Source: an uncultured Lentisphaeraceae bacterium (GTDB lineage Bacteria; Verrucomicrobiota; Kiritimatiellia; RFP12; UBA1067). From it: a stretch of DNA of 64,000 nt. How positions within the stretch are numbered: position 1 is the first letter of the stretch; every line of letters begins with the position of its first letter. Below the pieces are notes generated by a model. The model saw only the letters and a list, made by a program, of their open reading frames with translations. It had not been told where the DNA came from and made no database searches. The position numbers and the translations under genes were made by a program. Below are positions 57,386 to 64,000 of this stretch, in pieces. The stretch spans positions 21,111 to 85,110 of the forward strand of contig CAYZYQ010000002.1 in NCBI GenBank assembly GCA_964482645.1, read 5' to 3'.

Positions 57386-58897
57386 ATGCGGATTGCCTTG
57401 TTGTCCAACGTGACGATTGACGTTCTTGCCGGCATGTTCGACAAGGCGGCACACGCCGTCTGGATGCCGAGCGGATTCGGCGCGTGGGTTGAAACGGCGT
57501 TGGCGCCGCCACCGGAACTGCGGGCGTTTGCGCCAGATGCGATTTTCCTGTTGCTCGACACTTCTCATGGCGCTGTGGATGCGGCGCGGGTCGAACAGGC
57601 TCGTACGGCGTTGGCGGCGGCGTTTCCGGCGGCCGTCGTGGTGAATGTGGATCTGGACGACCTTGCGGCCTGTGCGAGCGGCGCCGCGTTCTACGACGAC
57701 CGCATGTGGCGGTTTGCCGCGATGCCGTGGTCGTTGGGTGGTCTGCGGGCGATTCGCGATGAAATTCTGCGCCTGCTCGCCGCGATACGCGGCGAAGGCG
57801 TCCGCAAAGTCCTCGCGCTCGACCTCGACAACACGCTGTGGGCGGGCGTTGTCGGCGAAGACGGCGCGGCGGGGGTACGTCCGTACACGGAGTTCCAACG
57901 TGCGCTTAAGGCTCTGCAGCAACGGGGCGTGTTGCTCGTGGCGTTGTCGCGGAACAATCCGGCGGACGTCGCGCCGCTGTGGAACGATCCGCGCATGGCG
58001 TTGACGGCAGACGATTTCGTAGCCCAGGCGATTGACTGGGGGGAAAAGGCGGACAATCTGTCCGCGCTGGCGCAGACGCTCAATTTGGGAACGGACGCAT
58101 TCGTGTTCGTGGACGACAATCCGGCCGAACGGGCGCGGATGCGGGCGTTGCGTCCCGATGTCGCCGTGCCCGAGTTTCCCGCCGACGCGCACGACCTTCC
58201 GGCGTTCGCCCGCCGGTTGGCGCGGCTCTATTTTCCCTGTTTCCGCGTGACCGACGCCGACCGCGCCAAGACGGCGCAGTACCGCGCCGAGGCCGCGCGG
58301 CGGCAGTTCGCGGCGGGGCGGTCGCTGGACGACTATCTGCGGGAGTTGGAGATCTGGGTGGATGCCCATCCCGCGACGGCCGATGAAATTCCGCGCCTGG
58401 CGCAACTGGCGCGGAAAGCCAACCAGTTCAACGTGTGGCCGCATCGTCGCACGGACGCGGAACTCGCCGACTTGGCGCAGTCGCCGCGCCATCTCGTCAT
58501 GTCCGTCCATGCGGGTGACCGCTTCGGCGATCAGGGGATCGTTGGCTTGCTCGTAGTCTCGCTGGATGTGCCGCCGCTATTGACCGACTTCGTGCTGAGT
58601 TGCCGGGCGATGCATCGAACGATCGAGCGGGCCGCCGTCGCCGCGTTGGAGACGGCGCTTGTGGCGCGGGGCGTGTCGCGCCTTCGCGCCGTGTGGACGC
58701 CGACGGCGAAGAACGCCCCTGTGGCGAATTTGTTTACAGACCTCGGCTTCGTTTCATGCGTACCATTCTCCGAGGGTGGAACGGAGACGTCCGTCTGGCC
58801 GTCCGGGACGTGTTTCTATGAAGAATCCCTGCCGCGCCCGACGCCGTTGTGTCACGCCTGTTCGGGACGTTCGGCGGGTGTCGGCATCGTCCCGTAA
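57386..58897 (+). CDS. HAD-IIIC / FkbH-like domain protein
   Basis: HAD motif I LALDLDNTLWAGVVGEDG, motif II LLVALSRNN, motif III FVFVDDNPAE. The C-terminal acyltransferase-like domain reads FNVWPHRRT...GDRFGDQGIVG...LSCRAM. Confidence 0.7.
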   Translation: MRIALLSNVTIDVLAGMFDKAAHAVWMPSGFGAWVETALAPPPELRAFAPDAIFLLLDTSHGAVDAARVEQARTALAAAFPAAVVVNVDLDDLAACASGAAFYDDRMWRFAAMPWSLGGLRAIRDEILRLLAAIRGEGVRKVLALDLDNTLWAGVVGEDGAAGVRPYTEFQRALKALQQRGVLLVALSRNNPADVAPLWNDPRMALTADDFVAQAIDWGEKADNLSALAQTLNLGTDAFVFVDDNPAERARMRALRPDVAVPEFPADAHDLPAFARRLARLYFPCFRVTDADRAKTAQYRAEAARRQFAAGRSLDDYLRELEIWVDAHPATADEIPRLAQLARKANQFNVWPHRRTDAELADLAQSPRHLVMSVHAGDRFGDQGIVGLLVVSLDVPPLLTDFVLSCRAMHRTIERAAVAALETALVARGVSRLRAVWTPTAKNAPVANLFTDLGFVSCVPFSEGGTETSVWPSGTCFYEESLPRPTPLCHACSGRSAGVGIVP

Positions 58898-59003
58898 GCG
58901 AGAGGAATGTGGCATGGATTTTCAACTCGGAGGGTGTCTGCATGGCTTGTCTTTTGGCGGAAAGCGTGTATAATATTCGCCCGTTAAAGGAGTTATTGAA
59001 CCC

Positions 59004-60884
59004 ATGGAAAAAACGAATCATCTGTTTAAGGCCGAAATCAAGGAAATGCTCGACCTGGTGGTCAATTCCCTCTACTCCAAGAAGGAAATCTTTCTGCGCG
59101 AGCTGATCTCCAACGCTTCGGACGCCATCGATCGTGCCAAGTATTTGGGATTGACGCAGCCCGAGCTCGTGTCCGACAATCCGGCGTGGAAGATTTCAAT
59201 CGTGTGCGACAAGGACGCGAAGACGCTCAAGGTTTCGGACAACGGCGCCGGCATGAACGCCGAAGACCTGGAGAAGAACCTTGGCGTCATTGCGAGTTCC
59301 GGCACGAAGGCGTTCCGCGAAGCGCTCAAGCAGAAGGGCGGCGCGAACCTCCCCGAGCTTATCGGCCAGTTCGGCGTGGGCTTCTACGCCGCGTTCATGG
59401 TGGCGGACAAGGTGCGCGTCGTTTCCCGCAAGCGGGGCGAAACGGCCGCCTACACGTGGGAGAGCGACGGCACGGGGTCCTATTCAATTGAGGACGGTGT
59501 CCGCGAGGAGTGTGGTACGAGCATCATGCTCCACCTGCGCGAAGACCAGGAGGAGTATCTGGACGAGTGGCGCATTCGCAACCTCGTGAAGAGTTATTCC
59601 GACTTCATCGCCTATCCGATCGTCTTCACGGGCTTGCCGCCGAAGAAGGACGACAAGGGCAACGAAATCGCGCCGGACGATAAACCGCTCAACACGATGG
59701 TCGCCCTCTGGAAGCGCAACAAGAAAGACGTCAAGCCGGAGGAGTACACGGAGTTCTACAAGCATCTCACGCACGACTACGTTGAACCGTTGGAGACGAT
59801 TCATTTCTCGGGCGAGGGCCAGGTCGAATTCAAGGCGCTCCTCTTCCTGCCGAAACAGGCGGGCATGGATGTCTACATGCCGAACACGAAGCGTGGGCTT
59901 TCGCTCTATGTGCGCAACGTCTTCATCGGCGACGATTTTGAAATGCTGTTGCCGGAGTACTTGCGGTTCGTCAAGGGTGTAGTGGATTCGGCCGATCTGC
60001 CGTTGAACGTCAGTCGCGAGATGCTTCAGGACGACGCCATCATCCGCAAGATCAAACAGGCCGTCACCTCGAAGATTCTCACGACGCTGCAGGAGATGAA
60101 GGACAAGAAGGCCGATGATTACAAGACCTTCTATGCGACGTTCGGGCGCGTTCTGAAAGAGGGCGTTCGCGTGGACTACGCGAATGCGGATCGCATCAAG
60201 AAATTGCTGATGTACCCGACGGCCAAGACGGAGGACGGCCGGCAGATTTCGCTGGACGACTATGTGAAGGCGATGCCGAAGGAGCAGAAGGACATCTACT
60301 ACCTGACGGCCGAGCGTCTGGAAGAGGCGCGTCATTCGCCGCAGATTGAACAGGCGCTCAAGCACGGTTGCGACGTTCTCTTCTTCGTCGATCCCGTCGA
60401 TGAATGGTTGCTCGACGATTTCCGCGAATACGAGGGCCGGAAGCTCGTGGACGTCGCGAAGGGCAGCGTCCAGTTCGGCAGCGAGGAAGAACAGAAGACC
60501 GAGAAGGAGGCCAACGAAAAGGCCGCCGCCGACTTGAAGCCGTTCCTCGATTCCGTGAAGGAGCAGTTGAAGGACGATGTGTCCGACGTGCGCGTCTCGA
60601 CGCGCCTGGCAGATTCGCCCTGCTGCCTCGTGGCGGATGAACACGCGCTGTCCGCGTCGATGGAGCGCATGATGCGCGCGATGAACCAGCCCGTGCCGAA
60701 ACAGAAGCGGACGTTGGAAATCAACGCGGCGCACCCGCTCGTGGCGAAGATGAAGAATCTCGCGGGCGACGATTTGAAGGACGCCGTGGAACTGCTCTAC
60801 GATCAGGCGTTGATTGCCGAGGGTTCGGCGATTCCCGATCCGGGGCGTTTCGCGAAACTCCTCACCGCGCTGATGCTCAAGTAG
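59004..60884 (+). CDS. htpG: molecular chaperone HtpG (Hsp90)
   Basis: FKAEIKEMLDLVVNSLYSKKEIFLRELISNASDAIDR, GQFGVGFYAAFMVADKV, LNVSREMLQ. Confidence 0.95.
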   Translation: MEKTNHLFKAEIKEMLDLVVNSLYSKKEIFLRELISNASDAIDRAKYLGLTQPELVSDNPAWKISIVCDKDAKTLKVSDNGAGMNAEDLEKNLGVIASSGTKAFREALKQKGGANLPELIGQFGVGFYAAFMVADKVRVVSRKRGETAAYTWESDGTGSYSIEDGVREECGTSIMLHLREDQEEYLDEWRIRNLVKSYSDFIAYPIVFTGLPPKKDDKGNEIAPDDKPLNTMVALWKRNKKDVKPEEYTEFYKHLTHDYVEPLETIHFSGEGQVEFKALLFLPKQAGMDVYMPNTKRGLSLYVRNVFIGDDFEMLLPEYLRFVKGVVDSADLPLNVSREMLQDDAIIRKIKQAVTSKILTTLQEMKDKKADDYKTFYATFGRVLKEGVRVDYANADRIKKLLMYPTAKTEDGRQISLDDYVKAMPKEQKDIYYLTAERLEEARHSPQIEQALKHGCDVLFFVDPVDEWLLDDFREYEGRKLVDVAKGSVQFGSEEEQKTEKEANEKAAADLKPFLDSVKEQLKDDVSDVRVSTRLADSPCCLVADEHALSASMERMMRAMNQPVPKQKRTLEINAAHPLVAKMKNLAGDDLKDAVELLYDQALIAEGSAIPDPGRFAKLLTALMLK

Positions 60885-60887
60885 GTG

Positions 60888-61550
60888 ATGAGGAAGGGCA
60901 GCGTCCTGGTCACGGGCGGCGCGAAGCGGATTGGTTGTGCAATCTGCGACGCGCTGGCGGTGCGCGGGTGGCGGGTGCTCGTCCATTCGCGCACGTCGGC
61001 GGGGGGGCTTGGCGCGGACTTCGCCGATCCCGCCGCGCCGGGACGCCTGTTCGCCGCCGCGTGTGCCCAAGCGCCGGATCTCGTCGCGATCGTCAACAAC
61101 GCCGCCGTGTTTGCCACGGCGGCCGTTTTGTCCGAGGCAGATGCAGCGCGGATGCGGCAGATCAACGTCGTCGCGCCGTCTGAACTCACGGCACGGTTGG
61201 GGGCGCATCTGCGGGCGGTGAATGGACGTGGTGCCGTCGTCAATCTGTTGGACGACCGAATCTTTCGCGCGGCGACGGTGACGACGCCCTATGTCGAGAC
61301 GAAACGGGCTTTGTGGGATGCCACACGGGCGGCCGCCGTGCGTGAGGCGCCCGTGTTGCGTGTCAACGCCGTGGCGCCGGGGCCGGTGTTGTTGCCGGCA
61401 GATGGCGCGGCGCATGAGAAGGGAGGGCCGGTGCTGTTGGACCGGCGTCCCGCGCCGGAAGACGTGGCGGCTGCCGTGGCGTTTCTGCTCGAAGCGCCGT
61501 CGGTGACGGGGCAGGTGCTTGCGGTGGATGCCGGGCAGAGTTTGTTGTAG
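60888..61550 (+). CDS. short-chain dehydrogenase/reductase
   Basis: SVLVTGGAKRIGCAI (TGxxxxG), IVNNAAV, YVETKRAL (YxxxK), VNAVAPG. Confidence 0.75.
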   Translation: MRKGSVLVTGGAKRIGCAICDALAVRGWRVLVHSRTSAGGLGADFADPAAPGRLFAAACAQAPDLVAIVNNAAVFATAAVLSEADAARMRQINVVAPSELTARLGAHLRAVNGRGAVVNLLDDRIFRAATVTTPYVETKRALWDATRAAAVREAPVLRVNAVAPGPVLLPADGAAHEKGGPVLLDRRPAPEDVAAAVAFLLEAPSVTGQVLAVDAGQSLL

Positions 61551-61576
61551 CGGGAAACGAAGAGGAGAAGCAGGAC

Positions 61577-62173
61577 GTGATTGTTCATCTGCGAGGCGAA
61601 TTGGTCGAGAAGGACATCGGCCGCGTGGTCGTCGACTGCGGCGGCGTAGGCTATGGCGTCCAGATTCCGCTATCGACGTTTGATCGTTTGCCGGCCGTTG
61701 GGACGCAGGTCAAGCTCTTCACCCACCATGTTGTGCGGGAGGACGATCAGATTCTTTTTGGCTTCGCGACGGCGGGCGAACGTGATGCGTTTGAGCTGGT
61801 GACGACGGTATCGGGTGTCGGACCCAAACTCGCGTTGGCCGTGTTGTCGGGTCTGACGGTCGGCGATTTGCAGTTGGCCATCTCGCAGGGTGACGCCAAG
61901 CGGCTGGCGGCGGTGAAGGGTATCGGGAAGAAGACCGCCGAGCGTATTGTGGTGGAACTGCGCGACAAAATCAATCCCATCGAGGCGCTTGCGAACGCCA
62001 CGGCCACCACGTCCCGGGAGCAGTCAAACGTGCTGCGCGACGCGATGCTCGCGTTGTCGGCGCTGGGGTTTGGCGATGAGGTGGCGCGGGCGAAAGTGCA
62101 GGCCGTGCTCGAAGCGAACCCGAACGTGTCGGACACGGAGACGGTTGTCAAATTGGCGCTCAAAGGATCGTGA
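61577..62173 (+). CDS. ruvA: Holliday junction DNA helicase RuvA
   Basis: GTG start. LRGELVEK...VDCGGVGYGVQIPLSTF...LFGF...ERDAFELVTTVSGVGPKLALAVLS...LAAVKGIGKKTAERI. Confidence 0.9.
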   Translation: MIVHLRGELVEKDIGRVVVDCGGVGYGVQIPLSTFDRLPAVGTQVKLFTHHVVREDDQILFGFATAGERDAFELVTTVSGVGPKLALAVLSGLTVGDLQLAISQGDAKRLAAVKGIGKKTAERIVVELRDKINPIEALANATATTSREQSNVLRDAMLALSALGFGDEVARAKVQAVLEANPNVSDTETVVKLALKGS

Positions 62174-62176
62174 CCG

Positions 62177-63115
62177 ATGGAAGAGGAAGATGGCGAGATC
62201 ATCCGTTTGACCGTGCCGGCCGAGGGCGTTGAGCGTCTGGACGTTTGGCTGGCCGCGTCGTGCGCGGGCTTTTCGCGCGCGCGGATTCAGGGGTTGATGA
62301 AAATCGGGCGCGTCTGCGTGGACGGGGTGGCCGTGTTGCGCGGTTCGCAGAAGACGCGTCCTGGCGCGGCCGTTGAGATTTCCGTGCCGCCGCCCGTGCC
62401 GGCCGATCCGGAACCGGAGGACATTCCGCTCGACATCCTCTACGAGGATGCGGACATTCTCGTTCTGAACAAGCCGGCGGGGCTTGTTGTCCATCCGGCG
62501 CCCGGTCATTTGACGGGGACGCTCGTGAACGCCCTGCTCTACCATTGTCCAAATCTTAAGGGCATTGGTGGCGTGGCGCGGCCGGGGATTGTCCACCGCC
62601 TCGATCAGGACACATCCGGCGTGATGGTTGTGGCGAAGACGGAGGCGGCGTTGCAGACGCTTGCGAAAGAGTTTGCGTCGCATACCAATTTGCGCAAGGT
62701 CTACCGGACGGTCGTTCATGGTTGGCCGTCGCCGCCGCAGGGGCGGATTGAGACGTACATCGGGCGGTGTCCATGGGATCGCAAGAAGATGGCCGTGGTG
62801 GAACGTGGTGGGAAGGTTGCGATTACGAACTACCGGGTCTTGGAGACGGTGAAAGGCGAGTCGGCGCGGGCGCTCGTTGAATGCGAAATCGAGACGGGGC
62901 GGACGCATCAGATTCGCGTTCACATGGCGTCGGTGCTGGGCTGTCCGGTCGTCGGCGATGCGCTCTACGGTCGGGCCGGATGGGATCGGCAGCTCAATCC
63001 GCCGCCGTCGCGCCAGCTGCTTCATGCGTGGCAGTTGGCGTTGAAACATCCTGTGACCCGCCAACCGCGCGTTTTCGAGGCGCCGCTCCCGCCCGAATTC
63101 ATCCTGGGGGATTGA
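62177..63115 (+). CDS. rluD: RluA-family 23S rRNA pseudouridine synthase
   Basis: S4-like N-terminus, VLNKPAGLVVHP, HRLDQDTSGVMVVAKT, RTHQIRVH. Confidence 0.85.
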   Translation: MEEEDGEIIRLTVPAEGVERLDVWLAASCAGFSRARIQGLMKIGRVCVDGVAVLRGSQKTRPGAAVEISVPPPVPADPEPEDIPLDILYEDADILVLNKPAGLVVHPAPGHLTGTLVNALLYHCPNLKGIGGVARPGIVHRLDQDTSGVMVVAKTEAALQTLAKEFASHTNLRKVYRTVVHGWPSPPQGRIETYIGRCPWDRKKMAVVERGGKVAITNYRVLETVKGESARALVECEIETGRTHQIRVHMASVLGCPVVGDALYGRAGWDRQLNPPPSRQLLHAWQLALKHPVTRQPRVFEAPLPPEFILGD

Positions 63116-63140
63116 TTGGACCGCACAGGCGTTTGAGATT

Positions 63141-63149
63141 TGATATACT
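63141..63149 (+). promoter_or_regulatory. extended -10 element TGaTATACT, 6 nt upstream of ATG 63156 (leaderless)
   Basis: gatttGaTATACTctcggcATG was read directly (t63141 g63142 a63143 TATACT). Confidence 0.4.
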
Positions 63150-63155
63150 CTCGGC

Positions 63156-64000
63156 ATGGACTTTCTCTCTGCGTTGATTCGATTGGGAACGGCGGTCATT
63201 CCCGTGAAAAGCGTCCGCAAACGTTTGCGGCGGCGTGGGCTTGACGGGATTCGTCGTGCCGAAATCGCGAAGATCGTACCCGTCGTACGTGCACGTTACG
63301 CGCGTCATCTTGTCGTGTGTCGTGCAAAACGCGCACGGGGGGAGCGTCTGCGAGTTTGTTTCCTCGTCTGCGATGCGGCGATGTTTTCGGCCGAGCCAGT
63401 CTATCAGGCCTTGTTGGGAGATGCGCGTTTCGAGCCGTTTATCGCGGTCGTTCCGCGCGTGTCCAGAGGCGAGGCGTTTCTGCGCGAAACGTTGCAGAAG
63501 ACGCTGGACACGTTGCGTTCGCGTTATGGCGAGTCGGTCGTTTCACTGTACGATGTGGACACGCGGACCTGTTCGTCGCTGGAGAATCGTGCGGACATCG
63601 TATTCACGTCGATTATTTATGCCGATCAGACGTTTCCTCAATATGGGGTTGTGGCGTTGAGTCGGTTCGCGCTTGTCGCCGGGATGCTTTACGGATACGG
63701 CGGTATGACGAAGTCAAGTCTTAAGCGTGTTGAGACGTCGCCAATGGTATCTGCGTTTTGGCGATTTTACGTGCCGAATGGCGATGTGGCGAAATTCTTT
63801 TCCGCCGTCAATCCGCATGTCAGGGATTGTACGGTTGTCAGCGGTTATCCGAAGATGGATCGCCTTGCGACTTGCAGACCGAAGACGAATCGGCCGAAGA
63901 CGATTCTGCTGTGTCCACACCACTCGCTTGAACGTGGACCGGGTGTTGTTTTAGCGCTTTCGAATTTTCTGCGCTTTTCTGATTTCTTTTTGCGGTTGCC
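63156..64000 (+). CDS. partial CDS running off the right edge, possibly a CDP-glycerol glycerophosphotransferase (TagB/TagF)-like protein
   Basis: Not in the ORF track because it has no stop. My translation MDFLSALIRLGTAVIP...RLRVCFLVCDAAMFSAEPVYQALLGDARFEPFIAVVP...PKTILLCPHHS is stop-free for 281 codons. The layout recalls TagF-family enzymes. Confidence 0.45.
   Translation, partial: MDFLSALIRLGTAVIPVKSVRKRLRRRGLDGIRRAEIAKIVPVVRARYARHLVVCRAKRARGERLRVCFLVCDAAMFSAEPVYQALLGDARFEPFIAVVPRVSRGEAFLRETLQKTLDTLRSRYGESVVSLYDVDTRTCSSLENRADIVFTSIIYADQTFPQYGVVALSRFALVAGMLYGYGGMTKSSLKRVETSPMVSAFWRFYVPNGDVAKFFSAVNPHVRDCTVVSGYPKMDRLATCRPKTNRPKTILLCPHHSLERGPGVVLALSNFLRFSDFFLRL

Overview
This is a high-GC bacterial chromosome segment of 64 kb with about 55 protein-coding genes. 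I found no rRNA, tRNA or CRISPR array.

Gene content, left to right:
- tilS (partial), an outer-membrane-like protein, an aminotransferase-ispF-DUF192 operon, and a PurH that has only the AICAR-transformylase domain.
- An AT-richer restriction-modification (RM) operon with three cytosine-5 methyltransferases and one HNH nuclease (5153-9380).
- A block of secreted glycan-active or hypothetical proteins (9394-16116).
- A vWA / histidine kinase / response regulator operon, then a GH20-like hydrolase and eda.
- A second AT-richer island (21109-24922): restriction endonuclease, m5C methyltransferase, RadC, a vsr remnant and an ASCH protein.
- A DUF4349 lipoprotein, purL, xseB, rny, a 622-aa secreted unknown, folE, a GH78-like protein and upp-thiD-thiM.
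- Three very large beta-helix/PATR surface proteins (39096, 44396, 50673). Between them lie a CapD-like dehydratase, a small 20-aa-repeat secreted protein, a decayed EcoRI-like methylase/HNH remnant, a biotin carboxyltransferase, an NfeD protein and an Rrf2 regulator.
- A FabH-like / ACP / FkbH-like trio, htpG, an SDR, ruvA, rluD and a partial TagF-like gene.

Most notable observations:
1. The three-methyltransferase plus HNH operon.
2. The three giant proteins share a promoter cassette that carries an A9-A10 tract, and all end in the tail G-[T/F]-[V/M]-L-I-L-R.
3. A 78-bp hairpin-rich repeat sits in frame inside two ORFs.
4. Two genes carry an in-frame amber codon.
5. A recurrent extended -10 element (TGnTAnAAT) lies 6-10 nt from an ATG, implying leaderless mRNAs.

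The taxonomy guess (PVC-type, for example a Kiritimatiellota, Lentisphaerota or Verrucomicrobiota-like genome) is inference from gene content only.

All functional calls come from reading translated motifs by eye. I ran no database searches, and the GC differences were judged by eye.
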